From contig CAVUHC010000006.1 of assembly GCA_963741135.1 (NCBI GenBank), forward strand, positions 669,760 to 733,759: a stretch of 64,000 bases of DNA, given 5' to 3'. The notes under the pieces were generated by a model. It did not search any database. It saw only the letters and a program-made list of their open reading frames with translations, and was not told the DNA's origin. This document shows, in pieces, positions 1 to 10,938 of this stretch. A program made the position numbers and the translations under genes. The stretch comes from an uncultured Acidobacteriota bacterium (GTDB lineage Bacteria > Acidobacteriota > Vicinamibacteria > Vicinamibacterales > UBA2999). The stretch's first letter is position 1; each line of letters opens with the position of its first letter.

Positions 1-1104
1 TGCCGCACGGCGACCGCATCGACGCGTTTCTGCGCGCCGAGCTCCCAGACGTGCTGCTCGTGACGCCGCTGCTGTATTTCGGCTCGGCACAGGTGGACTA
101 TGTCCGCGCAGCCAGGGCGCTCGGTATCCGCACTGTGCTCGGCGTCGGCAGCTGGGATCATCTGACCACGAAGGGGCTTATTCACGAGCAGCCGGATCGT
201 GTGCTCGTGTGGAACGAGGCCCAGCGCGGGGAAGCTCGCGAGCTGCACGGCGTTCCTCCGGAGCGCGTGATTGTGACCGGCGCGCAGGCGTACGACCACT
301 GGTTCGTGCAGAAACCGACGCTTTCTCGCGAAGCGTTCTGCGTCAAGGTTGGGGTGCCGCACGATCGGCCGTTGCTGTTGTATCTCTGCTCCTCGCCCTT
401 CATTACCCCACACGAAGTGCCCTTCGTGCGCCGCTGGATCGAGGGGATCCGCCGCGCATCCGATCTCGTCCTTGCGCAGGCGGCCATTCTCATCCGGCCG
501 CATCCGCAGAACGCGGATCAGTGGCAGGACTTCAATCCCTCCGAGTATGAGGCGGTGGGCATCTGGCCTCGTGGCGGAGCAAACCCCGTTGACACCGAGG
601 CGCGCGCCGACTACTTCGATTCGATGTTCTACAGCGTCGCCGTCGTCGGCGTGAATACGAGCGCGCTCATCGAGTCAGGCATCGTCGGTCGGCCGGTCTA
701 CTCCGTGCTGGCGGATGAATTCTGCAGGACAGCAGGAAGGGACGCTGCACTTCCAGCATCTCAAGAATGTCAACGGCGGCCTGCTCACCACGGCTGCGTC
801 GATGGCTGAGCACCTGTCCCAGTTGTCCGGCGCGGTCAGACGGGAGCCTGCCCGCGATGAGAAGGCGCGGGCATTTGTCGAGTCGTTTGTCCGGCCTTAT
901 GGTTTCGACGTGCCGGCTGCGGACCGTTTCGTCGCTGCAATCGAAACGTTCGCAGCGACACCCGCGCCGATCGCGCGGCGGAGCGGGGTGACCGGCGCCG
1001 TTCTTCGGCGGGCAATGCTGCCGCTCGCGCTGGCAACATCGGCGGCCGCCAGGACGCGGCGCTCCGACAAGCGAACGCCGCGTGCGGCCGGACCGCTTCA
1101 GATT
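1..1104 (+). pseudogene. Family-A paralog A1 (5' end outside window); uncharacterised GT-B-like RPHP-motif putative transferase, frame disrupted
   Basis: ORF 51..809 has SWDHLTTKG, VTGAQAYDHWF, ILIRPHP and ADYFDSMFYSVAVVGVNTSALIESGIVGRPV. The next family block QQEGTLHFQHL continues in the frame of ORF 715.., so a 1-nt indel lies near 715-725. There is no stop before the next paralog's ATG at 1105. Confidence 0.7.
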
Positions 1105-2825
1105 ATGTTCGCGCTCGCCTCGCCCGAGTATCTCCGCTACTTCGACTCGACCATGCGGCTCCTGGCCGAGCGCGGACACCATGTGAGCGTCGCGGTCAAC
1201 TGGTTGCGCGAGCGGAAGGCGGCGCGTCTTGATGGCCTTTCCGGCGACGAAGGGATCGACGTGATCGGTGTGATCCCGAAGCGGACGGACGTCTGGACGC
1301 CGATGGCCCGCGCCGTGCGCGGGACGTTTGACTTCGTACGCTATCTGCATCCACGGCTCGCGGCCGCGCCCGCGCTGCGCGCGCGGATGAAGCGTAAGGT
1401 CCTGCCGCCCTGGCTGCATTGGCTGGATCGCGTCGAATCGCTCGGTGACCGCGGCCTCAACCGGTGCTACCGCGTGCTGCGCGCCCTCGAGGGCGCGATT
1501 CCCGTAAGCCGCCGGATTCTCGATTTCCTGGCCGCGCACCGGCCGGATGTCGTCGTGGTGTCGCCGCTCGTGGACGCCGCATCGGATCAGGTCGATCTCG
1601 TGCGGGCATCGCAGGCGATGGGCATCCCGGTCGTTGCGGGCATCGCGAGCTGGGACAACCTCACCAACAAGGGGCACATGCGCGTGCGGCCTGACATGGT
1701 GACCGTCTGGAATGAGCACCAGAAGGCGGAAGCGGTCAGCTATCACGGTGTCGACGCGGGCCGGGTCGCGGTCACGGGCGCGCAGTTGTTCGATCGCTGG
1801 TTCGATCGGCAGCCAAGCCAGTCGCGCGAGGAGTTCTGTCGCATGGTCGGGCTGCCGGCCGATCGGCCGATTGTGCTCTACACGGGATCGTCGGTCTTCA
1901 TCGCGCGGTCGGAGGTCGAAGCGCCGTTCGTTCGCCGCTGGATCGCCGGGCTGCGCAACAGCGGCGACGCGATGTTGCGGGACGCGGCGATTCTGATTCG
2001 CCCGCATCCGTTCAACTGCGAGGCGTGGGAAACCGCGGACTTCTCGGACCAGGGTCCGGCGAGTGTCTGGCCCCGGCAGCGGTACACCCCGTCGGCTGAA
2101 GACGCGCGGAACAGCCTTTTCGATTCGTTGTTCTATAGCGCTGCCGTCGTGGGCGTAAACACGAGCGCGATGGTCGAGGCCACGATACTCGGCCGTCCGG
2201 TGCTGTCGGTGCTGTCGCCGGAGTTCGCTGCGACGCAGGAAGGCACCGTTCACTTCCACTACCTCCTACCCGAGAACGGAGGTTTCCTTCGCGTCGCGCA
2301 ATCGATTGAGCAGCATGTCCGACAACTGAGCGAGGTGCTGCGCACACCCGAGGTCACACGTCAGCAGACGCGCGTTTCGTCGGCAGCTTCATCCGGCCCC
2401 ACGGTCTCGATACCGCATGCACGCCGATTCTCGCGGACGCGCTGGAGCGCGCGGCACGCCTGTCGCCAGTCCCTGTTCGCGATACCGCCTCCACGCGCGC
2501 CGCCAGAATCGTCGCATGGCCCCTGGCGATCGTTCTGCAATGGATCGCGTTGGGCGAGAAGGGGCGTGCGGCGCGAAACGCATGGAGCGCGGCGGTGCGT
2601 ACGACGCGCATCGCGCTCAAACGCTTCGTCATCCGCCCGGCGCTGCTGACCGCCTGGGTTCTTCGAGCGGCGGGCGGGAAAACGAGGCGCGGCGCGAGGC
2701 GTGCAGTGCGCTGGAGCGGGTCGATTCCTGGCCGGCTACTTCGGCGCGCACGGCGCGCGCGCTATCAGGTCGCCGTCCACATCAGGGGAGAGGCCCGAGT
2801 CGACGGGAGTGATCCCCGTGGCTGA
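1105..2825 (+). pseudogene. Family-A paralog A2, frame disrupted near 2350-2370
   Basis: IMFALASPEYLRYFDSTMRLLAERGHHVSV, ASWDNLTNKG, VTGAQLFDRWF, ILIRPHP, FDSLFYSAAVVGVNTSAMVEATILGRPV and QEGTVHFHYL lie in the ORF 715..2649 frame. The family C-terminal block (ARFVGSFIRPHGLDTACTPILADALE) is readable only in the frame that ends at TGA 2823-2825. Confidence 0.7.
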
Positions 2826-4651
2826 TACGGATCGATCGACGACGCGCCTGCGCATCCTGTTCTCGATGCGCAACTTCTGGTACGTGCGCCTCTTCGAGCC
2901 TGTGATTCGCACGCTCGCGGCACGCGGTCACGCAGTCCACATCCTCGCGGAGCAGGGCGAGCAGAAGGAGGTGGCGCGCGACTTGGAACGAGGCGGCCAC
3001 GCGGCTCGCGGCAGAGTATTCCAACATCACGTTCGCTTGGGCTCCCAGACAGATCGACGACGTCTGGATCGATCTCCGGAGCATGATCCGGCTCGGGCTC
3101 GATCATCTCCGCTTTCTGCAGCCCGAGTACGCAAACGCGCCGAAGCTGGCCTAGCGCGCGCGCGTCCGCACTCCGGTGTTCATCGTCCGGCTCGCCGATG
3201 CTCCCGTCTGCCGAACGCGACCGGGCCGGCGGGTGATCGCGGCCGTGCTGCGCGCCTCGGAGCGTGCCATGCCAATCGACCCGGACGTGGCGAGCTACAT
3301 CGAATCGCATCCGGCCGATGTGATCCTGGTGACGCCGTTGCTTTCGCTCGGCTCCGAGCAGCAGGACGTCGTGCGCATCGCGCGCCGGCTTGGCGTTCCG
3401 ACCGCCCTGTGCGTCGGCAGCTGGGACCACCTTTCGAGCAAGGCGCTGGTCCGCGACGTGCCTGACAGCGTCTTCGTCTGGAACGAGACCCAGAAGGCGA
3501 GGCGGCGGTCTATCACGGAGTTCCGCCGGAGCACGTCGTTGTGACGGGGGCGCAGTGCTTCGACGAGTGGTTCGATCGCCGCCCGACGCTCCTGCGCGAC
3601 AGCCTTCTGCCAGCAGATCGGCCTCGATCCGGCGCGTCCGTATCTTCTCTACGTGTGCTCCGCGTTGTTCGAGGGTAGCCCAAACGAGGCACAGTTCGTC
3701 AGGAGATGGATTGCCAGCGTTCGGAGCAGCCCCGATCGACGTCTTCGCGAGGCGGGCATTCTCGTACGACCGCATCCGAAGCGCGGATTCGAATGGGATG
3801 ACGTCGACCCTCGATGGTTTCGCGAACACCGCCATTTGGCCGCCGCGCGGTGCGGCGCCCATCGACGCGGCGACCAAGGCTGACTACTTCGACTCGATGT
3901 ACCACAGCGCCGCAACCGTCGGCCTGAACACCAGCGCGCTCATCGAAGCGGGCATCGTCGGCCGCGCGGTGCATACGATGCTGCTGCCGGAGTTCTACGA
4001 GAATCAGGAAGGGACGCTTCACTTCCGGTATTTGCTCGAAGGCGGGCTGCTGCGGCACGCGCGCGACCTCGACACGCACGTCGCCCAGCTCGCGGAGTCG
4101 CTGGCCACCGCCGACAGCGCTCGTTCATCACAACCGAGCGTTCGTCGAAGCGCTTCGTCCGCCCCCATGGTCTGGGTACCGCGGCGACTCCCCGGTTTGC
4201 GGCGGCCGTCGAGGACGTGGCGCGTGAGCGCGTTCGGCCGGTGCAACAGGCGCGCTGGATCCCGGTTCTTCGAACGCTGATGGCACCGCTCGCACGGCGA
4301 ACGAGCGGCACGTTTGCCGAACAGGTAAGCCGCCAGCGCCGCCGCCGCGACAAAGAGCGCGCGAGGACCGAGCGCGTGTTGGCGCTCCGGGCGCAGCGGG
4401 CCGTCGAGAAGGCGCGAATTCTCGAGGAGCGGCAGCGCAAGCGTGAAGCGGCTCTGCGCGAGAAGCACGAGCGCGGGGAGCGCGTTCGTGCTGCGCGTCT
4501 GGCGGCGAAGCAGCAGGAGCGACAAGACAAGGAGCAGCGGAGGGCGGAGCGGATGGCGCAGTGGCAGCGAAAAAAACGACGCTCCGCGTTCAACGCGAGG
4601 CTCGTGGCGTACTGCCGGCGCCTCGTCAAACCATTTTCAGCGAGCCGGTGA
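2818..4651 (+). pseudogene. Family-A paralog A3 with Lys/Arg/Glu-rich tail; at least 5 frame changes
   Basis: Family blocks are scattered over ORFs 2701.. (RLRILFSMRNFWYVRLFEPVIRTLAARGHAVHIL), 3176.. (GSWDHLSSKALV), a third frame at ~3541 (VTGAQCFDEWF), 3653.. (CSALFEGSP..ILVRPHP), 3390.. (ADYFDSMYHSAATVGLNTSALIEAGIVGRAV, QEGTLHFRYL) and 4217..4651 (charged tail). GTG 2818 overlaps the A2 stop. Confidence 0.65.
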
Positions 4652-6199
4652 CCATTCTCTTTCTCGGCCGGCACTACACCTACTTCCGCAATTTCGAGTC
4701 GGTGCTGCGCGGTTTGGCCGAGCGGGGCCATGCGATCCATCTCGCCGTGGAGCGGGACGAGACGCTTGGCGGGCTGAGCATGGTGCAGGCGCTCGCATCC
4801 GAGTTTCCATCGATCACACATGGCGAGGCGCCGGGACGAGCGGATGACGACTGGTCGTGGGTCGTCAACCGCTTGCGGCTCGGCCTGGACTACCTGCGCT
4901 ATCAGCATCCGGTGTTCGGAACCGCGCGGAAGCTTCGCGATCGGTCCCGCGATCGCACGCCGGGCGCCTTCGTCACCCTCGGACGCGCGGTTCGGGCAGC
5001 CGGCGGCTGGTCGCGGCGCCTTGCCTCGGGCATCCTCCGTCGCATGGAGCGATCGCGGGCCGGAGGATCCTGCGATCCGCGGCTACCTCGAGGTCCAGCG
5101 TCCGGACATCGTTCTGCTGACACCGCTCATTGATCTTGGCTCGTCGCAAATCGAGTACCTCCGCGCGGCGCGCGCGCTTCGCATACCCACCGGACTGTGC
5201 GTCTGGAGCTGGGATCATCTTTCGAGCAAGGCGCTGATTCGCGATCTGCCCGATCGAGTGTTCGTGTGGAATCCGACGCAGAGGGGTGAGGCAATCGAGC
5301 TGCACGGCGTACCCGCTGATCGCATCGTCGTGACCGGCGCGCAATGCTTCGATCAGTGGTTCGATCGACAGCCGTCGCGCGATCGCGAGACGTTCTGCCG
5401 GCACGTCGGCCTGCCGTCGTCGCCGCCGTTCGTGCTCTGGGTCTGCTCGGCGCTGTTTGCGGGAAGCCCGGTTGAAACGCAGTTCGTTCGCCGGTGGATC
5501 CGTGCCTTGCGCGAAAGCGCGTCATTGCGGCTCAAGTCAGTGCCAATCCTCGTGCGACCGCATCCCTCGCGACTCGCTGAGTGGGAAGGCGTAGACCTCT
5601 CCGGTCTCAACGCGGTTCTGTGGGGCGACAATCCGGTCGATCCGCGATCGCGCGCCGACTATTTCGACACGCTGTACCACTGCGGCGCCGTCGTCGGGAT
5701 CAATACCAGCGCATTCATCGAAGCAGGGATCGTGGGGCGAACGGTCCACACGATAGTCGTACCCGAAATGGCGGATAACCAGACAGGCACGGTCCATTTC
5801 AACTATCTGCTCAAGGCCGGCGGCGGGTTGCTCGAGGTTGCGCACAGCGTTGACGAGCACCTGGCGCAGCTCGACGCATCGTTGGCGCGCAGCGACCGCG
5901 GCGTGAAGCCTTTCGTCCGCGACTTCGTCCGCCCGAATGGACTCGAGGTTCCCGCGACGCCGCTGTTCGTCGAGCAGATCGAATTGATGGCCGCCTTACA
6001 CCCCCCACCGACGCGGCGGGATCTGCTGGCGCCTTTCTGGCGCTGGATGGGGACGCACGCGGCGCGGACGCGACACGACGAGCGGTTCGAGCGGTGGACG
6101 TTGTCGGAACGCGAGCTGGCGTCGCTCGAGAATGCGCGCGCCGCGCGCCAGCTAAAGGCGGGTCGTCGCGCCGCGCTGAGGCGCGCCCGTGAGCGTTAA
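4648..6199 (+). pseudogene. Family-A paralog A4, single frame change near 5050-5065
   Basis: GTG 4648 overlaps TGA 4649-4651 (GTGA). The N-terminal block VTILFLGRHYTYFRNFESVLRGLAERGHAIHL is in the ORF 4561.. frame. The rest (WSWDHLSSKALI, VTGAQCFDQWF, ILVRPHP, ADYFDTLYHCGAVVGINTSAFIEAGIVGRTV, QTGTVHFNYL) is in ORF 4820..6199. Confidence 0.75.
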
Positions 6200-6256
6200 T
6201 CTGAAATCCGAGCGCGTCGCCGCTGCTCGTTGCTTCGGCTCGGTGGTCGACGTGAC

Positions 6257-7999
6257 ATGAAGATTCTCTTCACGGCGCTCCATTTCGCGAACTACCGGAA
6301 CTTTGAGTCGGTCATCCGCGACCTCGGCGCCCGCGGCCACCACGTCCATCTCCTGGCGGATGAAGAAGAGAGCTCCGGTGGACGGGCGCTCGTCGAGCGA
6401 CTGGCCGCCGAGTATCCGACGATCACGTGGGGATCGACGCCGTCGCCCGCGGAGGAGCCGTGGTTCCCCGTCGCGCAGAAGCTCCGGTTCGCGCTGGACT
6501 ATGTGCGGTATCTCGATCCGCGGTACGCCGACGCGAAGAAGTTGAGGCTGCGTAATATCGAGCGCGCGCCTCGCGTCGTTCGCTGGATGACGTCGGGCAT
6601 CGGCGGCGTGCTCATCGGCTATCGCCCCATCATTCTCGGCCTGAAGTGGATCGAGCGGATGCTCCCGAACAGCCGTGCAATGACGCAATATCTCGAAGAT
6701 GAGCGACCGAACGTCGTGCTGCTGACATCGCTGACGGTTTCCCGCACTCTGGCCATGGACCAGTTGAAGGCGGCGCGTGCGCTCGGGATTCCGACAGCAG
6801 CGTGCATCATGAGCTGGGATCATCTCTCCAGCAAGGCGCTGCTACACATTGCGCCCGACAAGACGATCGTCTGGAACGATATCCAGAGGCACGAAGCGGT
6901 GGACATGCATGGTATCCCCGCCGAGAACGTTGTCGTCACCGGCGCGCAGTGCTACGACCAATGGTTTGAAAAGCGTCCCCATCGCTCCCGCCACGAGTTC
7001 TGTCAGGCGGTCGGGCTCGAGGCGTCGAAGCCGTTTGTGCTCTACGTGTGTTCCGCGATGAGCCCGGTTCCGAATCCGGTCGAGCCCGTCTTTGTGAAGA
7101 AATGGATCGATGCGTTGCGGACGAGCGCGGATCCGATTCTGCGAACGGCAGGCGTGCTGGTACGTCCGCACCCTGAGCGCACTCGCGAGTGGGTCGGCGT
7201 CAGCCTTGCGGGCCTCGAGAATGTGGTTGTCCGCGGACGGACCCCGATTGACGGCGACGCAAAAGCGGACTATTTCGACTCCCTGTATTACAGCAGCGCC
7301 GTCGTCGGGCTGTGCACGAGCGTCTTCCTCGAGGCTGCCATCGTCGGCCGTCCGGTGTTGACTATGCTCCTGCCCGAGTATCGGATGCACCAGGACGGTA
7401 TGGCGCACTTCCGCTATCTACTGACCGTCGAAGGTGGACTCCTTCACACAGCGACGGACGTTCCCGCTCATCTCGCCCAGCTTGCCCTGGCGATGAACAG
7501 CGTCGGCTCGCGCGACGAGAGGAATTGCCGGTTCGTGACGGCGTTCGTGCGCCCCCAGGGACTCGACAGGCCCTCGACGCCGCGTTTTGTCAATGCTGTC
7601 GAGCAGCTCGCGCGAAGTGGCCGCCGTACGCCAGATCCGCAATTGACGCGCCCGTCGCCATTTCGCGGCGTTGTCAGACGCCTCGCAATCGCGGGCGCGA
7701 ACGGCCTTGGGGCCTGGCTGCTGATGGACAGCGTCGACGAGCAGCGTGCAGTTCTCGAGCGCGATCGCGAAGTCTCAAAGCGCGCCAAAGCGGTCGAGCG
7801 TGAGCGTCGATTCGAGGAGAGACGCTGGCACATCGACGCGCAGCGGAAGACAAAGGCGAACGAGAAGGCGGCAGACAAAGCGGAGAAGGCACGCCAGCAT
7901 GCCCGGAAGGCGGCGGCGAAGGCGCGCCAGCTTGCGGAGAAACGGAAACGTGTCGACGCGGAGCGCGCCGCGAGCGGCCAGACCGGCGTAGCACCGTAA
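6257..7999 (+). CDS. Family-A paralog A5, intact (580 aa), with C-terminal Lys/Arg/Glu/Ala-rich tail
   Basis: ORF 6230..7999, with a likely start at ATG 6257 (MKILFTALHFANYRNFESVIRDLGARGHHVHL). All family blocks are in one frame: MSWDHLSSKALL, VTGAQCYDQWF, LYVCSA, VLVRPHP, ADYFDSLYYSSAVVGLCTSVFLEAAIVGRPV, QDGMAHFRYL. The tail starts at ~7727. Confidence 0.85.
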   Translation: MKILFTALHFANYRNFESVIRDLGARGHHVHLLADEEESSGGRALVERLAAEYPTITWGSTPSPAEEPWFPVAQKLRFALDYVRYLDPRYADAKKLRLRNIERAPRVVRWMTSGIGGVLIGYRPIILGLKWIERMLPNSRAMTQYLEDERPNVVLLTSLTVSRTLAMDQLKAARALGIPTAACIMSWDHLSSKALLHIAPDKTIVWNDIQRHEAVDMHGIPAENVVVTGAQCYDQWFEKRPHRSRHEFCQAVGLEASKPFVLYVCSAMSPVPNPVEPVFVKKWIDALRTSADPILRTAGVLVRPHPERTREWVGVSLAGLENVVVRGRTPIDGDAKADYFDSLYYSSAVVGLCTSVFLEAAIVGRPVLTMLLPEYRMHQDGMAHFRYLLTVEGGLLHTATDVPAHLAQLALAMNSVGSRDERNCRFVTAFVRPQGLDRPSTPRFVNAVEQLARSGRRTPDPQLTRPSPFRGVVRRLAIAGANGLGAWLLMDSVDEQRAVLERDREVSKRAKAVERERRFEERRWHIDAQRKTKANEKAADKAEKARQHARKAAAKARQLAEKRKRVDAERAASGQTGVAP

Positions 8000-8004
8000 A
8001 TCAG

Positions 8005-9168
8005 ATGAGAAAAGTCTGCGTCGTCATCGGCTCCCGCGCCAACTACAGCAGCATCAAGTCGGTGATGCGTGCGGTGCAGCGCCATCCGGACCTGAAGCTG
8101 CAGCTCGTCGTCGGCGCCTCGGCGCTGCTCGATCGGTTCGGCTCGGTGGTCGACGTGATCGAGGCGCGACGGCTTCGACGCCGGACGCCAAGGTCACGAT
8201 GATCGTCGAGGGCGAGACGCCGGCGCACGATGGCGAAGTCGACCGGCCTCGGCCTGCTCGAGCTGCCGACGATGTTCGAGCATGCTGAAGCCCGACGTCG
8301 TCGTCAGCGTCGGCGACCGGTTCGAGACGATGGCGACGGCGATCGCGGCGGCGTACATGAACATTCCGCGTCGCGCACACGATGGGCGGCGAGATCAGCG
8401 GCACCATCGACGAGAGCATCCGGCACGCGGTCACCAAGCTCGCGCATCTGCATTTCCCGGCGAACCAGCAGGCGGCCGATCGCATCATCCGGATGGGCGA
8501 GGACCCCGCCACGGTGCACGTGGTCGGGTGCCCGCGCATCGACCTGGTCGCGGAGATCGCGCGCGGCAACGGGCATCTCGAGTCGGCGGACTGGCTCGAC
8601 CGCGAAGGCGTCGGCGCGCACATCACGCTCGACAAGCCGTTCCTGCTCGTCAGCCAGCATCCGGTGACGACCGAGTACGGCGAGGGCGAAGCAGCAGATC
8701 GTCGAGACGCTGCATGGCGCTGGACGAGCTGCAGATGCCGACCATCATGCTGTGGCCGAACGTCGACGCCGGGTCCGAGGACATCTCGCGCGGGCATGCG
8801 GAAGTTCCGCGAGAAGCACCGCCCCGAGTACATCCGCTTCTACAAGAACTTCCCGATCGAGACCTACGTGCGGCTGATGATGCAGCTGCGCGTGCGCGGT
8901 CGGCAATTCGAGCGCGCCGCTGCGCGAAGGCGCGTTCGTCGGCGTGCCGACCGTCAACATCGGCACGCGGCAGCAGGGACGCGATCGCGCGGCCAACGTC
9001 ATCGACGTCGGCTACGACCGGCACGCGATCGTGGACGGCGTCCGGCAGCAGCTCGCGCACGGCCGGTACCCGTCGAATCACCTGTACGGCGACGGCGGCG
9101 CCGGCGCGCGCATCGCCGACGTGCTGGCGACGGCGCCGCTTCGCGTGCAGAAGCGGCTGTCGTATTGA
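8005..9168 (+). pseudogene. neuC: NeuC-type hydrolysing UDP-N-acetylglucosamine 2-epimerase, multiple frame changes
   Basis: Fragments in three frames (ORFs 8005.., 8230.., 8282.., 8382.., 8944..9168) reconstruct one protein. Blocks: MRKVCVVIGSRANYSSIK..HPDLKLQLVVGASALLDRFG / KSTGLGLLELPTMFE / LKPDVVVSVGDRFETMATAIAAAYMNIP / GGEISGTIDESIRHAVTKLAHLHF / QHPVTTEY / WPNVDAGSEDIS / VNIGTRQQGRDRAANVIDV..LYGDGGAGARIADVL. It is homologous to the intact copy at 20098; about half of the first 53 residues are identical by eye. Confidence 0.75.
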
Positions 9169-9910
9169 TGCAGCGTTCTCGGCGTCATTCCCGCGCGCGG
9201 CGGCTCGAAGGGGATTCCGAACAAGAACCTTGCGCTCGCTCGGCGGCCGTCCGCTGCTCGCGTACACGGCGGACGCCGTGAAGCAGAGCACACGGCTGCA
9301 CGCGCACCATCGTCAGCACCGACGACGAGCGATCGCCGAGCTGCGCGCAGGTCGCTCGGCCTCGACGTGCCGTTCATGCGCCCGCTTCGCTCGCGGCAGA
9401 CGACACGCCGATGCTGCCGGTGCTGCAGCACGCCGTCGACACGCTCGAAGTCGAGCGGGTTCGAGGCCGACGTCGTCGTGCTGCTGCAGCCGACGTCGCC
9501 GCTCCGCCGCGCCGAGCACATCGACGCTGCGGTCGACTGGCTCCAGCGTGCCGGCGCCGATTCGGTGGTGTCGGTCGTCGAGGTGCCGCACCAGTTCAAT
9601 CCGGCTGTCGGTGATGGACATCGACGGCGGACTGCTGCACGCCGTTTCTCGACGGGCCGCTCGTCGACGCGACGGCAGGACAAGCCGCGCGTCTACGCCC
9701 GCAACGGTCCGGCGGTGCTGGCCGTGCGCGCCTCGGTCCTCGAGGGCGGGTCGCTGTACGGCGAGCGACTCGCGGCCGCTCGTGATGAGCCCCGAAGATT
9801 CGCTCGACGTCGATACACCATGGGATCTGTCGCTGGTCGAATTCGCGCTGAACGCGCGCAGTGCAGCCGACCTGACGGTCGGCCTCTCCGACACGTCGAG
9901 GCCGACCTAG
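9168..9910 (+). pseudogene. neuA: Acylneuraminate (NulO) cytidylyltransferase, multiple frame changes
   Basis: VLGVIPARGGSKGIPNKNL, LLAYTADAVKQS, STDDE, DVPFMRP, DDTPMLPVLQHAV, VVLLQPTSPLRR, DSVVSVVEVPHQFNP, RRQDKPRVYARNGPAV and EDSLDVDTPWDL are spread over at least 3 frames. ATG 9168 abuts TGA 9166-9168. Confidence 0.7.
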
Positions 9911-9923
9911 ATCCGCCGAACGC

Positions 9924-10938
9924 ATGCACATTCCATACAGACGCGTTTCCGAGTATCAGCCGGTCGACGTCAGCCGGCTGCGTCCGGGCAGCTCCTACAA
10001 GAGCTGATCGAGAAGCGCACGCATCCGATCGACGAGCTGGTCGCGCGGTTCGGCCGTATTCCCGAGGAGCTGCTGACGTCCGCGCGCGTGCCCGACCTGC
10101 GGCAGCGCCGACGAGACGCTGGAGCTCGACAAGGATCACATGCGGATCGTGCGCTGCGCGGCATGCGATCTCGTGTACGTCAACCCGACGTTCGACGAGG
10201 CGCACTACAAGCAGGTCTACGCCTCGCAGGCGTACCAGGACATCGTTCGCGATCTCGGCATCAAGAGCCACGACTACCGCGTCGAGCGCTTCGGTACGCG
10301 AGCGCGTCGGCATGATGGCGGAACACCTGCGCGAGTCGAACGGACGCGCGCCGCGCTATCTCGACGTCGGCTGCAGCACCGGCTTCGTCGTCGAAGCGGC
10401 GCGCGACAAGGGATGGGACGCCGATCGGCATCGATCTCAATCCATCGGCGATCGAGTTCGGCCGCACGCGCGGCCTCGATCTTCGCACCGTCGGCGCTCG
10501 AGGACGCGGGCTTCGCGCCCGGCAGCTTCGACGCGGTGTCGCTCTTCGACGTGCTCGAGCATCTGCTCGATCCGCGGCGCACGCTGCGCGCGTGCGCCGA
10601 GCTGCTCGCGCCCGGCGGCATCCTGTTCCTCTACGTACCGAACTACGACTCGGCGTCGCGGCTGCTGATGGGCGCCAACGCGCACTTCATCTGGCCGACG
10701 CATCATCTGAACTACTACACGCCGACGACGATCCGCGATCTGATGCTGCGCCACGGCCTCGACGCCGGAGCTGATCGTCACCGAAGGCCTCGACATCGAG
10801 GACTACCTCTGGTACCGCCGCGAGGTGCTGCACCGCGAGCGACGATGGCCTGGCGGAGATCGCGGACGTGCTGCAGTTCCTCGCCAACGCCGGCTGCTAC
10901 GGCAAGAACCTGCGAGTCATCGCACGCAAGAGCGATGA
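9924..10938 (+). pseudogene. Class I SAM-dependent methyltransferase with N-terminal Cys4 ribbon, multiple frame changes
   Basis: CPTCGS..RIVRCAACDLVYVNP (paired CxxC), YLDVGCSTGFVVEAA (SAM motif I), FDAVSLFDVLEHLLDP and LAPGGILFLYVPN are found in pieces of ORFs 9367.., 10140.. and 10868... The architecture matches the intact MTase at 21286. Confidence 0.65.

Noticed and set aside
715-725. Frame disruptions as programmed frameshifting or slipped-strand phase variation, as in Campylobacter maf and glycosylation genes.
   Set aside because: The sites I examined (715-725, 5050-5065, 11021/11032, 13255-13285) have no long homopolymer, dinucleotide tract or X_XXY_YYZ slippery heptamer. The disruptions are too numerous per gene to be a switch.
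667-2259. A 530-aa ORF on the - strand. Similar long antisense or shadow ORFs occur at 2765..3877, 3940..4908, 21733..22602, 32665..34146, 36804..38201, 40200..41204, 41837..43279, 45454..46548, 50811..51884, 58741..59802, 61018..62001 and + strand 56035..57549.
   Set aside because: Each lies opposite a frame that encodes a recognisable protein family. Their translations are Arg/Ala/Pro/Gly-rich low-complexity sequence with no motifs. Long stop-free antisense frames are expected at this GC content.
6257-7999. Family A as Maf (motility accessory factor) proteins, which are also multi-copy next to neuB/neuA paralogs in flagellin glycosylation islands.
   Set aside because: I could not recognise Maf/DUF115-like features. 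No flagellin or flagellar genes are in the window. The block order (Rossmann N-terminus, RPHP, NTS loop) fits TagF/Kps/sialyltransferase-type GT-B better. The analogy of paralog expansion is noted, but homology is not claimed.
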